64,000 nt of DNA, taken from positions 64,001-128,000 of the forward strand of contig CAWCPV010000006.1 of the NCBI GenBank assembly GCA_963797555.1. Reading direction: 5' to 3'. Of this stretch, positions 31,080-41,525 are shown piece after piece. The notes below the pieces were generated by a model. It saw nothing but the letters and a program-made list of their open reading frames with translations, was not told where the DNA came from and ran no database searches. Position 1 is the stretch's first letter. Every line of letters begins with the position of its first letter. The translations under genes and the position numbers were made by a program. This DNA is from an uncultured Gammaproteobacteria bacterium (lineage in GTDB: Bacteria > Pseudomonadota > Gammaproteobacteria > CAWCPV01).

Positions 31080-32408
31080 TCAGTTCGGCGCCGTCTTGGG
31101 GATCGCGAAGGCCGGCACGCAGGTCAGCAACGTCAGTGCCGCGGAGATCAGGAACACGTAAGGACCCAGGAAACGATACAGCAGGCCCCCGGCGATCAAG
31201 CCGATGATGCTGGCCACGGCGGCCAGGCCCCCGGCGATCCCCTGAACTGCCCCCTGCACGTCACGGCCCGCGGATTTCGCCAGGACCGAGAGCAATGAGG
31301 GCCACATTACGCCGTTGCCGAGAGCGAGCAAGGCCGTGCCGATGTAGAGGGTCGCGGTACTGGCCGAACTGAAAAACGGGAAGCTGGCGGCCAGCACCAG
31401 GCTGCCGCCCAGGACCAGGGCACGGTCGGACCAAATTCTCGCGGCGCGCTTCAACACCGGACCCTGCACGAGCACCATCATGAAACTCATGGCCGAAAAA
31501 AACACGCCGGTTTCGGCGAGCGACCAGTGGATCCCGGTGGCCGCGTACACCGGAAAGCTGACGTAAAACAAATTGAAGGCGAGGAACACCAGGAAGTACA
31601 GCGCGAGTAGCAACCCCACCGACGGCAGCGCCAGGATCTCGATGATCGACAGTTTCGGCGCGGCCGTCAGCCGAAAACGCGCCTTGTGATCCTGGCCGAG
31701 GACCTTGCGCACACTGACCCCCTCCGGGTCGCTCCGCAATACGCAGGGATCGGTCTCCGGGAGCCACCAGGCGATCATCAGGCTCGCCACCACCGAGATG
31801 ACGAACGCGGCCAGGACTGGCAACGTCGCCCCCGCCAACGTCGCGCCCAGCGCGCCGGCGATCGCCGGCCCCAAAATGAACCCGAGGTTCGCCGACACCG
31901 CCATTTTGCCGAAATTGGCGCTGCGGTTCGTGTCATCGCTGATGTCCGCCAGGTAGGCGTTCGCAACCGACGCATTGCCTCCCGTGAGCCCGTCCAACGC
32001 CCGCGCGAAAAAAAGCACCACGAGCGGTGCCGTGAGCGTGAACGCGCCGAGCAGCGCGGAGTGCACTTCAAGCAAGGGCCGGACCGGAAGCCAGAGCGCC
32101 ACCAGAAAGATCCCCCAGGAGACGAGGGTCCCGACTTGACTCAGCAGCAGGATGCGCCGCCGCCCGTAGCGATCCGACCAACGCCCCAGCACCGGCGCGC
32201 CGAAGAGTTGGAAGATGGAGTAAGTCGCCCCCACGGCACCGTAGACGAGCGCGTCCCCCCCGAGCTTCGTGACGAGAAAGACCAGAAACGGCAGCACGAT
32301 ACTGAAACCCAGAGTGCCGACGAAGTTGACTGCCAGGATCGGGTAGATCGACGTACGGCTGGACAGCTTGGTCCCGACTCCCTTCGCTGGGTCGGACCTG
32401 ACGATCAT
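31080..32408 (-). CDS. MFS transporter (TetA/DHA1-like)
   Basis: Motif A GRWSDRYGRR, ARALDGLTGG, motif C GFILGPAIAG; about 12 TM helices. Confidence 0.9.
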   Translation of the reverse strand: MIVRSDPAKGVGTKLSSRTSIYPILAVNFVGTLGFSIVLPFLVFLVTKLGGDALVYGAVGATYSIFQLFGAPVLGRWSDRYGRRRILLLSQVGTLVSWGIFLVALWLPVRPLLEVHSALLGAFTLTAPLVVLFFARALDGLTGGNASVANAYLADISDDTNRSANFGKMAVSANLGFILGPAIAGALGATLAGATLPVLAAFVISVVASLMIAWWLPETDPCVLRSDPEGVSVRKVLGQDHKARFRLTAAPKLSIIEILALPSVGLLLALYFLVFLAFNLFYVSFPVYAATGIHWSLAETGVFFSAMSFMMVLVQGPVLKRAARIWSDRALVLGGSLVLAASFPFFSSASTATLYIGTALLALGNGVMWPSLLSVLAKSAGRDVQGAVQGIAGGLAAVASIIGLIAGGLLYRFLGPYVFLISAALTLLTCVPAFAIPKTAPN

Positions 32409-32559
32409 TGCGTCTGACGCCGCCCCTGATGATGAAAGAAGCTCAAGGGTGGGAAACGCCGAGAGAGGTCGCACAAGTTTTTGGCGGCTCGACCCCGCAG
32501 AATAACGTGACCCGCCGACTCGTACCCCGGATTGCTGCCATAGAAAGCGCACGCCAAAA

Positions 32560-32915
32560 AGGCCGCCGGCGGCTCGCCGCCTTCAGGCTTATTCGGTCCC
32601 AGCATCCGCCGTGCCGGCGCCTGAAAGCCGAAGAACTGTTCGAAGCCCGTATCGGCCGCTTCGATGCCCGGCCGCTCTTAGCGCTCAAGGAGAAGCGCAA
32701 CAGCCTGCTCTTTCCTGCAGACCGTGGCTGGCGTTGATCTCATCGGCGCCATGCCTACCGGACCGGCAGGGGGGCCTGCTCCTGGTGGAGATCGTGCGCC
32801 GTATCAGCCTCTTCGGCTATGCGGACCACCCGGCTTCCTGGGTGGGCATCTGCCCCGGCAACGATGTATCTGCCGGCAAGCGCAAATCGGGACGCTCCCT
32901 GAATGGCAACCCCCA
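32560..32915 (+). pseudogene. IS110-family transposase remnant
   Basis: LLVEI...ASWVGICPGNDVSAGKRKSGR..GN matches the IS110 C-terminal motif; frameshifted. Boundaries approximate. Confidence 0.65.
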
Positions 32916-33250
32916 AGCCGATCCCTCTGCCTAGACCAATAGCGGGCAGACTATTTCCTGCAGAACCGGACAGGTCTATTCGTTTGACGACACCACCCGC
33001 CGTTGGTCCGCCCGCGGTGGGCTGTTCGGCCAGCGCGGTCGCCGGGTACCCGGCAGTTCCCAGAAATGTCCGCGACCTTGCACTCCGGGTGAAAGATTCC
33101 CCGTCTAGCGCTCGCCGTTTCTGCTCGCCGGCGACCGTGGGTCGGAGCTTCGATTGGGGTATCATGGAGCGGGTCACGGCCCGATACTCATCCCGCAAAC
33201 CGGGCTTGTGCGGCGTACGTACCTCACGGTCCTGCCCCACGAGATTGTTT

Positions 33251-34264
33251 ATGCTGGTCGCTCTCAGCCTGATCGGTGCCCTGCTCCTTATCCTCGCGGC
33301 TGCGGAAGTCTTCACCAACGCCTTGGAACATCTGGGAGAACGTCTCAACATCTCCGAGGGCGTGACGGGATCTGTTTTTGCGGCGGTCGCGACCGCGCTG
33401 CCGGAAACCACGGTGCCGCTGCTGGCGATATTTGGGGGAACGCCGGATCAACACCTCAACGAGGAGATCGGCGTCGGCGCCATACTGGGCGCACCGCTGA
33501 TGTTGTCCACGCTCGCCATGGGGCTCCTCGCCCTGTTCAGTCTGCGCAGTCGCGGCACGCGCGGAACGTTCGATCCGGAGCCAAGTGGTATCGAGCGGGA
33601 CCTGGATTTCTTTGTGCTGGCGTTCCTGTTGGCTGCGCTCGCCTTGTTTGTGCCCCACCATGTGAGCTTGCTGCGTGCGCTCCTAGCGATGGCCTTGGTG
33701 CTGACCTACTTCGTCTACCTTCTCCTCACCGTGAGGGCCTCGACCAAGCTAGTGGAAAGCGGCCACGGGACCCAAGCGCACGAATCCATGCTGCTGAGCA
33801 GGCTAGGTCTGCCCGAGAACCTCGCCACCATCATCTCCCAGCTTCTAGGAGGGCTGGCCCTCCTCCTGGCAGGAGCCAAGGGGTTCATACACGGGATACA
33901 GCAGGCATCTGCTCTACTCGGCGTGTCGGCCTTGCTGCTATCCTTGCTCATCATTCCGGTTGCGACGGAACTTCCCGAGAAAGTCAACAGCATCCTCTGG
34001 ATACGGCGCCGCAAGGACACACTCGCCTTCGCGAACGTCACCGGTGCCATGGTCTTCCAGGGAACGCTGCTACCCGCCATCGGCATCATGCTCACCCCTT
34101 GGGAAGCTCGCATTGAAGTGCTCACCGGCGTCCTCGTCACGCTGGCCGCTGCGTTGTGGCTGCGTCTGCGGGTTCGAGCGGGGCCCTTGTGCGTGTATCA
34201 CCTCGCGGTAAATGGGGTGCTGTACGTCACATACCTGACCATCACTCTTGCTTGGGGGCGCTGA
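33251..34264 (+). CDS. Sodium:calcium antiporter (CaCA family)
   Basis: Alpha repeats ATALPET and ATELPEK; multiple TM helices. Confidence 0.88.
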   Translation: MLVALSLIGALLLILAAAEVFTNALEHLGERLNISEGVTGSVFAAVATALPETTVPLLAIFGGTPDQHLNEEIGVGAILGAPLMLSTLAMGLLALFSLRSRGTRGTFDPEPSGIERDLDFFVLAFLLAALALFVPHHVSLLRALLAMALVLTYFVYLLLTVRASTKLVESGHGTQAHESMLLSRLGLPENLATIISQLLGGLALLLAGAKGFIHGIQQASALLGVSALLLSLLIIPVATELPEKVNSILWIRRRKDTLAFANVTGAMVFQGTLLPAIGIMLTPWEARIEVLTGVLVTLAAALWLRLRVRAGPLCVYHLAVNGVLYVTYLTITLAWGR

Positions 34265-34296
34265 CAGCCCTCACCCGATTTACCTCCGCGAGGGGG

Positions 34297-35445
34297 TCAG
34301 TCGCACTCGTGATCCAGAGTTCCAACGTCTTCACCAGCCAACTGCCGTCTCACGATCTCGACGTCAAGGTCATGCAGGGTAAACGGGAAGGAGCGGATGT
34401 CCGAAGGGCTGGAATCGCCGTACGGGCGGTTGCAGGCAGAGACTTCGCGGTCTGTCTTTCCTGGACAGCCGGAGGTTCGGAACGGTTTCCCCGAACGGAT
34501 GAGAGTCTCGACTTCGGCGGGGGAAAATCCGAAGTCCACCACTTGGCCCGCGGCGTTGAAGCGCATGTCCTCGACCCGGCCGCCGACATAATCGATGATG
34601 AAGCGCCCGAGCTGCACTCTGCGCCATTGATCTCTCGGGACCGGTCCCCAGTCTTCCATTAAGGAGCCCCGCTCGGGAAAGAAGGCAAATATGTGGTTGT
34701 GGCCGCCCATGTCGGTGATGCGTTGCGCCACCGTGAGAATCTCCTGCTCGGTCTCCCCCATCCCGCAGATGAGGTGGGCGCCGAAGCGCTCCGGGCCGAA
34801 GATCTCCGCCGCCCACTCAATGGCCTGCCAATAGCGTTCCCAGGTGTGGGGGCTGTCCACGGTCTTTCCACGCGTGCGCTCGAAGATCTCTGGGGTGACG
34901 GCATCCAGGGCCACCGTGAAGATCTGCGCGCCCTCGTTGCGCAGGCGCACGATGTCGTCGTGGTTCAAAGTCGTCGGATTGGAGAGGATGGATACTGGAA
35001 CATCGGGCACCTCCTTCATCCACCGCTTGAGCATCACCAATGTGTCGCAGTCCGAGTTGGGGTGCGTAATCATGGAGATACACATGCGCTCGAAAGCGCC
35101 ACCGTCGTGGCTGGACCGGACCCGCTCGATCACTTCCTCATAGCGCGCGGTGGGCCAGTCTACCCGGATGAAGTTCCGGTCGGCGTAATCCCGCGACTCC
35201 TCCCGATGACGCGCCAGTCCGCAGTAGCTGCAGTTGGCGCGACAGCCCTCCGGATAGGTTACCAAGAGGTTCAGGCAATGGGTGCAAGAGGTTCGGTGCA
35301 TGACGCCGGGCACGAGCCCCAGGGTGATCGCCGCCGCTGTCGACATCTGCACGTACTCTGGCGAGCGCATGTCAGGTGTCTTTACGTGGTAGTTCGGCCG
35401 ATAGAAATTCAGCGGCGCCACCAAGTTCTCAGCCGGTTTGCTCAT
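34297..35445 (-). CDS. lipS2: Radical SAM sulfur-insertion protein of the sLpl(AB)-LipS1/S2 lipoate pathway
   Basis: CRANCSYC motif; C-terminal TSGCPG...ACNRP; last gene of the cluster. Confidence 0.8.
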   Translation of the reverse strand: MSKPAENLVAPLNFYRPNYHVKTPDMRSPEYVQMSTAAAITLGLVPGVMHRTSCTHCLNLLVTYPEGCRANCSYCGLARHREESRDYADRNFIRVDWPTARYEEVIERVRSSHDGGAFERMCISMITHPNSDCDTLVMLKRWMKEVPDVPVSILSNPTTLNHDDIVRLRNEGAQIFTVALDAVTPEIFERTRGKTVDSPHTWERYWQAIEWAAEIFGPERFGAHLICGMGETEQEILTVAQRITDMGGHNHIFAFFPERGSLMEDWGPVPRDQWRRVQLGRFIIDYVGGRVEDMRFNAAGQVVDFGFSPAEVETLIRSGKPFRTSGCPGKTDREVSACNRPYGDSSPSDIRSFPFTLHDLDVEIVRRQLAGEDVGTLDHECD

Positions 35446-35474
35446 GTCGCTCCTCCGCCACGTTCCCGTATCGC

Positions 35475-36566
35475 CTACGCGTCGAAATACTCCTCGAAGG
35501 CGATCCATCCGCGCCGCATGACGCTGTCCTTGTGGGCCGCGGACGTTCTCCAGCAGCCGTCCAGATAGCGGCGGGCACGGACCGCCCGCGACAGGGTGTT
35601 CTCGAACTGGTCGCGTAGGTCCTCCTCGAAGTGCTCGAGGGCCTTCTTCCCGCGGCCGCCGAGGAACTCCGCGACCGCCCGGCCTGCACTTTCCCCGGAG
35701 ACGACCGCCGCGGCAATGCCGGCACCCGTGATCGGATGGGTCAGGCCCGCCGCATCCCCTACGAACAAGGCCGCGCCCTCCACCAGCCGCGGGCGAAGCC
35801 CGCCTACTGGAATCGCACCGCCGGTGCGCGCAAGAGTTCTGTACTTGATGCGACCCTCAGCGGCCAACCGCCTCACCAGAGTATCGAGGGGCCCTTTGAG
35901 GTCGCGTTGAAAGCCTCTGTCCACCCCGATCCCGACGTTGGCGACCGCGCCCTTGGGAAACAGCCATGCATAGCCGCCCGGGAAAGCATCCGACAACCAG
36001 ATGTCCGTCTTTCTGTAGACGCTCGCCAGCGGAACACGGTACTGCCGGGTGTGAACCAGCGGCAAAGGGTCCAGCCCCATCAGCGCAGCCACGGAAGAAC
36101 GCGGCCCGTCAGCCGCGATCAACGTCCTGTAGCCGAGCGCAGACGGCAGCCCGTCCGGCGGCCTCCGCACCCAGGCCACCTTCCTCACGCCATCAACGCC
36201 CTCCAGGACAACGCCCGCCATGAGGCGAGCTCCGGCACGGCACGCTCGGGCCGCGATGGCGCGATCGAAGGTCGGGCGGTCGATCATCAGGCCGGGGAAC
36301 GGGGATGACTCCACGGCACCAGAGGGCAGCACCGTTTCCATTCCCTCGATGCGCTGCACTGTGACGCCGTCATCCTGTGCGAAGGGGGACATGGGCAGCG
36401 GGATGAACTCGGCGCACTGAACGGGTTCGCCCAACTGCCGCCGTTTCTCTATCCCCACGACCGCCAGTCCCGCCCGAGCCGCCACTGCGGCCGCGCTGGC
36501 ACCCGCCGGCCCCAGCCCGACCACCAGCAGGTCAACGGTGGACACGCCGCTCCGGAAATCCGGCAT
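35475..36566 (-). CDS. lipT: FAD/NAD(P) oxidoreductase, geranylgeranyl-reductase family (LipT)
   Basis: GLGPAG, PVQCAE, ADG, GYAWLFPKG, GDAAGLTHPITGAGI; lies between the ligase and lipS2. Confidence 0.78.
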   Translation of the reverse strand: MPDFRSGVSTVDLLVVGLGPAGASAAAVAARAGLAVVGIEKRRQLGEPVQCAEFIPLPMSPFAQDDGVTVQRIEGMETVLPSGAVESSPFPGLMIDRPTFDRAIAARACRAGARLMAGVVLEGVDGVRKVAWVRRPPDGLPSALGYRTLIAADGPRSSVAALMGLDPLPLVHTRQYRVPLASVYRKTDIWLSDAFPGGYAWLFPKGAVANVGIGVDRGFQRDLKGPLDTLVRRLAAEGRIKYRTLARTGGAIPVGGLRPRLVEGAALFVGDAAGLTHPITGAGIAAAVVSGESAGRAVAEFLGGRGKKALEHFEEDLRDQFENTLSRAVRARRYLDGCWRTSAAHKDSVMRRGWIAFEEYFDA

Positions 36567-37614
36567 TAGCCAGCGCCGCAAGGACCGGCGCTAGGAAGTC
36601 CTCACGGGTCATCAGGAGCATCTCGGCGGAATGGCTGTCGAAGAACCCGTGCAGCCGTGGCCGCAGCTGGGTCAGCGGAGTGTCGCGCAGCGCGGCCTCC
36701 AAGTCTAGAACCGCACGCCGCGGGTTGACGAAGAAGTCGCCGCTGTACCAGACCTGTTTAACGCACTCCTTGTGGGCGTCGTAGAGAACCTGAGCGCGCA
36801 GCGACCCCCCGGGGCAGCGATGCAGGGCCTCGAGCAGAGGCGCTTCAACCCGGGGCCGATCTGCGCACCATACCCAGTCCCGATGTCCGATCTCGGACAA
36901 TGCCTCTCGGTATCGCTCTTCCTCCGCGGCCATCAGACCACCCTCATCGAGCCGCACCCCGAACTCCTCCCGGAAGGCACCCGTCAGACAGCGCTGAACC
37001 TCTTCCAGGCCCACTTCCCGGCCCAGCAATTCCCGGAGGTTGGACACCCGCTCGCGCGCCGAGCGGATCGCTTTATGGTTGAGCTTCTCCGCCGGGACGC
37101 GTAGCGCGCACAGCATTTTCTGCACGTCGAACTCGACCAGCAGCGTCCCTTGGAACAGCAACGAGTCCCCGTCGAATGCTCCGCCTGTCCCGGACACCTT
37201 GCGGCCGGCAACCTCGATGTCGTTGCGGGGGCGATAGCACGCGTCCACGCCCAGACTCCGGATACCCCGTGCCGCCGCCTCGCACAGCCTGCGGGAGATC
37301 GCCGCCATGTCCCCGGTACCGAGCAGCGGCTTATCCAGGAAAAGCTCCCAGCCAAGCTGGGTCTCATCGAAGTAGATCGCTCCGCCACCGGTGATGCGCC
37401 GCTGAATCTCGACCCCATGGGAAACGCAGTACTCGACGTGCAGTTCCTGGGCGACATGTTGATGGAAGCCGACCAGTGCTGAGGGCGTGAAACGCAGGAA
37501 ACGCAACGTATACGGGGCATCCCCAGCCTGATGGCTCTCCAGGATGGCGCGGTCGAGGGCGATGTTCTCGGCCGCCGAGCGCAGGCCGGTATCGAGCAGT
37601 CGCCAAGCCTTCAC
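36532..37614 (-). CDS. Lipoate:protein ligase, sLpl(AB) type
   Basis: RRITGGGAIYFD, RNDIEVAGRKVSGTG, C-terminal LplB-like GDFF domain; GTG start after GAGGAG. Confidence 0.88.
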   Translation of the reverse strand: MKAWRLLDTGLRSAAENIALDRAILESHQAGDAPYTLRFLRFTPSALVGFHQHVAQELHVEYCVSHGVEIQRRITGGGAIYFDETQLGWELFLDKPLLGTGDMAAISRRLCEAAARGIRSLGVDACYRPRNDIEVAGRKVSGTGGAFDGDSLLFQGTLLVEFDVQKMLCALRVPAEKLNHKAIRSARERVSNLRELLGREVGLEEVQRCLTGAFREEFGVRLDEGGLMAAEEERYREALSEIGHRDWVWCADRPRVEAPLLEALHRCPGGSLRAQVLYDAHKECVKQVWYSGDFFVNPRRAVLDLEAALRDTPLTQLRPRLHGFFDSHSAEMLLMTREDFLAPVLAALANAGFPERRVHR

Positions 37615-37642
37615 CGGCTTGGCTCCTCGGCCCGCCGAGGCG

Positions 37643-38821
37643 TCATAGCAGCGCGCGGCGAGTCCGGGCCACGACGGGTATCTCACCCAGGCGCCCCGAG
37701 CGAGGTAGAGATCGGTGCCGCCGCTCCTGCTCCAGGATCGACTGGAGATCGATCTCCACGGCTCCCTTGTCACTGTCCGTGGACATTAACCCTTCCGCCG
37801 CTGCCAAGGAGCAGCACGAGGCGCGCACCCGCACTGTCCGTCCCAGGCGTGCGGCCAACTCCACGACGCCTTCGGCCGGGTGGGCGATGCCGTCCAGCCC
37901 GGCCATGACCGCGTAGCTGTCGATCCGCTGCTTGGCCGTCCCCGGTGGACGGGCGCAACCGAGCAGCAGGGGCATGTCGGGCAGCGCTCCGCGGACATCC
38001 GTGAAGAACCGTCCCACCTGGTGGGTATCCGGGGTATCGAACGGGCGCTGCCGCGGCGCGTAAAAAGGCATGACCACCACCAAGACCAAGGCGTCCGGCC
38101 GATGCCGCTGGACCATCTCCAGGGCAACCCACTCCCCGAGCAAGTGACCATAATGCAGGCCCAGGACAATGTGCGGCACCACCTTCATGCGAGTGGCCAC
38201 CAGTGCCGCAAGGGTTTGCTCGAAGTCCTCTACGCTTCGCTTCAAATGGTAAACCTGGGTGATGGTATCCTGGGCACCGATCACGTCCATCATGGCCACA
38301 TCGATACCAGCATGCTCCATGGCGAGCGCCGTGTCCTCGTTTACCAGCGCCGTATGGACCGTGATGCGGAACTCCGGGAAGGAGTCCTTGATGCGCCGGA
38401 TGGTCGAGTAGAACGGCGCGTAGTGGACCTCGTTGCGACGGCTCGATCCCCCGGTCAGCAGCATACCCTGGGCGCCGTGGTCGACCAGCTCCGTGACCCT
38501 ATTCCACAGCTCCTGTGGCGTTCGTGCCGGGATCATCGGCCCCAAGACCTTGGCCTTACAGTGATCGCATTGGAGCTCACAGTCTCCGCCGGTGATGGAG
38601 ATCGCGGGCCAGGAAGCCTTGGCACAGGCGGACAGCTCGGAACTCTGGAATGTTTTGAACGTAGGAGTATAAAAGCAGATGGGCGGAAGTGGCTGTCCTG
38701 ATGGGCGTTGCCAGCGGGCCTGGATATCCGCGATGAGAGCCGGGTCTAGGCCCGCATCTTCCAGCGGCTCGACCCGCTGAACGACTTCGGGCCAGGGGGT
38801 CGCCGCGCCGTCAGCAGCCAC
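37643..38821 (-). CDS. lipS1: Radical SAM protein of the lipoate assembly pathway
   Basis: ISITGGDCELQCDHC, PHIVLGLHYG, LGCARP, SCCS; directly downstream of lbpA. Confidence 0.8.
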   Translation of the reverse strand: MAADGAATPWPEVVQRVEPLEDAGLDPALIADIQARWQRPSGQPLPPICFYTPTFKTFQSSELSACAKASWPAISITGGDCELQCDHCKAKVLGPMIPARTPQELWNRVTELVDHGAQGMLLTGGSSRRNEVHYAPFYSTIRRIKDSFPEFRITVHTALVNEDTALAMEHAGIDVAMMDVIGAQDTITQVYHLKRSVEDFEQTLAALVATRMKVVPHIVLGLHYGHLLGEWVALEMVQRHRPDALVLVVVMPFYAPRQRPFDTPDTHQVGRFFTDVRGALPDMPLLLGCARPPGTAKQRIDSYAVMAGLDGIAHPAEGVVELAARLGRTVRVRASCCSLAAAEGLMSTDSDKGAVEIDLQSILEQERRHRSLPRSGRLGEIPVVARTRRALL

Positions 38822-39248
38822 CGAAGCCCTCGGAGTCCATCTTGGCCTCGAAGGCGGTCAGTGCATCCCCGCCGGTCTTGAGGTCACCGGACTCCGCCCC
38901 CCAGTCGGTTGGCTTGATCTTCACTAGCCATCCCTCCCCGTAGGGACTCTGGTTAATCAGGCCGGGCTTGGCCTGCACCGCGTCGTTCACCGCGACAATG
39001 TCACCGCCCACGGGTGCTTTCACCGGCCCCACCCATTTCCCGGACTCCACCGTGGCGCAGGACTTGTCCTTCTTCACATCTTTGCCGACCTTCTTGGGAG
39101 TAAAGGACACTATCTGCCCAGCCAGGGAACCGGCGTATGCCGTAAGCCCGACGGTGACATTGCCGTCCGCCTCCCGACGCGCCCAGACGTTGCTCTCGAT
39201 GTGATAGTGAAGGTCCTCCGGCAGATTGCACCCGCGCACAACACCCAT
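38811..39248 (-). CDS. lbpA: GcvH-like lipoate-binding protein (LbpA2 type)
   Basis: Lipoyl-lysine motif TVESGKWVGP, PYGEGW, N- and C-terminal cysteines (RGCNLP...FGGC) characteristic of LbpA. Confidence 0.85.
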   Translation of the reverse strand: MGVVRGCNLPEDLHYHIESNVWARREADGNVTVGLTAYAGSLAGQIVSFTPKKVGKDVKKDKSCATVESGKWVGPVKAPVGGDIVAVNDAVQAKPGLINQSPYGEGWLVKIKPTDWGAESGDLKTGGDALTAFEAKMDSEGFGGC

Positions 39249-39292
39249 GGGAACAGTCTCCTTGCTGGTTGGTTATTGTCCGGCAATCGCCC

Positions 39293-39691
39293 TTAGAAGG
39301 TCAAGACCTTGTCGCAGGAAAGAATTAAGTCCGCAAGCACTCCGCCCCCGGACAGTGCGTCCACCTCGTCGATGATGTCCTTGCTCTCGTCGATATCATA
39401 GCCAGGCAGCGCCGGCAGACACAAGTGCAGCTTCACGCCAGCCCTCTTGGCGTCGCGAATGAATTCGATGATGCGCTTTCCCCCCACCATGGCCGCGAGG
39501 CTCTCGGCCACCCCGTTTTCCGCCAGTTGCACAGCCTCCATGGTGAGAAAGATATTTACCTCGGCATCCATGGCCGCGAGAATAGCGCCTAAGTAGAACG
39601 GGGTAGCACAGCGATGAGGCGCGCTTGGACCGCTGGTCATGATGATGACCACCGATCTCGCCTCGGCCTCTATTAAGTGAACCGGGTCCAC
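39293..39691 (-). CDS. DsrE-family sulfurtransferase
   Basis: MTSGP..PHRCATPFY...IFLTMEAV...AKRAGVKLHLC; start codon uncertain (GTG39691 chosen). Confidence 0.8.
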   Translation of the reverse strand: MDPVHLIEAEARSVVIIMTSGPSAPHRCATPFYLGAILAAMDAEVNIFLTMEAVQLAENGVAESLAAMVGGKRIIEFIRDAKRAGVKLHLCLPALPGYDIDESKDIIDEVDALSGGGVLADLILSCDKVLTF

Positions 39692-39693
39692 GG

Positions 39694-40143
39694 TCAGGCT
39701 CGATCCTGAGTTCGCTCGCGGTGGACGCCTTTGCCAACCGCGTCGTCGCAGTATCCGCGGCACGCCCCATCCCAGGTTCGGAAATCGGGCAGGGCACCGT
39801 CCGGCCCGGCCACGGCCTCCACCCTTGCGGCCCATGCATCATAGGCCACCCGGTTGAGCGGGCTCGGGTCCTCCAGGACGGCACTGTTGGCCATCCGGAT
39901 CACGCCGACGAAGCAGTGAGGAACCAGCCCCGCCGAGCTGGCGTTCTCAATAGTGCCCACCGGTTTCTCCGCGGGCCCGCGACTCCGGGACGCCGCGCAC
40001 AGGGAAAGCGTTGCCGGCAATGTTTCTGGGACATGCCGGTCATTCCGATGCTAAGCGTTCCATCCTGCTCCCGGCGCACCCACATCTAGTACTCCTCATC
40101 GTAGTACAGGTCACAACGGCTTTCACAGGCCGTTGCACTGCAT
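39694..40143 (-). pseudogene. Decayed second lipoate-binding protein (LbpA1-like)
   Basis: MQCNG..DLYYDEEY*MWVRREQDGTLSIGMT...PVGTIENASSAG...: in-frame TAG, frameshifts, and no lysine at the lipoyl position. Confidence 0.7.
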
Positions 40144-40576
40144 CCGACCGAAATCCCCTTCCCTGGGAACGACCGCGGGGGCTTTCGGCGGCTGCACTCC
40201 TGCAAGGCTAGCTAGCGAGAATCGCTTGGACGAACCCCCGCTGCTTGAGCAGATCTGGCGTGTCACCCTCGTTCCCTGGATCCCAGCTTGCGCGGCGACA
40301 AGCCCAAGTCGAGGCCCAGGAGCTACGAGAAATACAATATCCTGACGCTGGTGTTGATACCGAAGACCTTCTCCGCCCGTACTTGGTCCACCTCAGGGAC
40401 TCTTGCGCCGAAGTGTCCTGTCAGCGGTGGGATGTCACAGAGGTTTGGGACGGCGGGGCGTGCGCAGCGCGAGGTGTGCAGCTTCGGCCGATCCTGCCCG
40501 AGGAGCGGGGCCGCTGGGATGCGCTGATGCGCTGGTATTTTATCACATCAGATTTATTGTCCTGCATCCGATGGCC

Positions 40577-40608
40577 AATAATAACCCCGCCTCGGCGGGG
40601 TTATTATT
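40577..40608. terminator. Perfect hairpin, probable intrinsic terminator downstream of 40626..41525
   Basis: AATAATAACCCCGCC-TC-GGCGGGGTTATTATT. Confidence 0.7.
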
Positions 40609-40625
40609 AACAGCACATCGCGGCG

Positions 40626-41525
40626 TCAGCCTTTTCCTCCCGCAGCCAGGGTCAACGCCTTCTTGATAGCGTCCGGTGCACACATGATGGACATAAAGCT
40701 ATGACCACCCATCATGGACAGATCCGGAAAATCGATCGCGATGCGGAAGCGCGCGTTCAGAGCGTAGACGGTGTTACCGGAAACGAGCATCTCGTAAGGA
40801 AGGTGCGGGCTGTGCTTGATCGGTCCAGAATCGATGCGTTCCATGATGTATTGATCTCCGCTGCAGCCTTCAGTCATATGTACCCCAAACACCGTCTCTT
40901 CCTTGCCGGAGATGTCAATACGATAGACCTTGGAGACGCCGCCGCGGCTGGCCGCTAAACCGCCTTCCACAGCTTTCACTGCCTGGTCGTAACTACCATA
41001 GGTGGCCAGCACGTCTGGTTCGTCGAAGTACGGCATACCGAACATATAGTGGTATTTGCGCAGCTTGGTGGCCGGAAGTCCGTCCTTCGATCCGAAGGCT
41101 TCCACCATGCCGAGGGCGTCCGTGAGGGACGACTGGACGCCGCTGGAGTCGTAGCCCATGCGGTAGGCACTCGCCATATAGAGGGGATTGGTGTAGGCGA
41201 TCTGGACCTCGTCACCCGCCTGGGTCACCGACACCCGCTGCATCGCGCCGAAGCCTCCCTTCTCCGACTTCGCGGCGCCCGCCCGCAGATCATCGTTCGT
41301 CACCACGAGGATGTGGGCTTCGGGATACGGCGAGTATTCCCCGACAACTTGGAGCCCATGGCCGCCCAGGCTCTGCCTGACCTCGACCACCTTGTCCTGA
41401 AGCTGTCCTGGCCCACGCCACGCGAGATAGAAAGGCTTGAGATTTTCGTCCGCCGCACAGGCCGGACCCTGCACCGCAGCCCACAGCAGGGCCGGCCACA
41501 GGATGGCTTTCGTTACTGTTCGCAT
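40626..41525 (-). CDS. Secreted hypothetical protein
   Basis: AGGAG RBS, signal peptide ending ACA-AD, 299 aa, YHYMFGMPYF and RFRIAIDFPDLSMMG segments; no function recognised. Confidence 0.75.
   Translation of the reverse strand: MRTVTKAILWPALLWAAVQGPACAADENLKPFYLAWRGPGQLQDKVVEVRQSLGGHGLQVVGEYSPYPEAHILVVTNDDLRAGAAKSEKGGFGAMQRVSVTQAGDEVQIAYTNPLYMASAYRMGYDSSGVQSSLTDALGMVEAFGSKDGLPATKLRKYHYMFGMPYFDEPDVLATYGSYDQAVKAVEGGLAASRGGVSKVYRIDISGKEETVFGVHMTEGCSGDQYIMERIDSGPIKHSPHLPYEMLVSGNTVYALNARFRIAIDFPDLSMMGGHSFMSIMCAPDAIKKALTLAAGGKG

Noticed and set aside
38811-39248. Glycine cleavage system H protein (gcvH)
   Set aside because: No gcvT or gcvP nearby; terminal cysteines and the dsrE/lipS context indicate LbpA.
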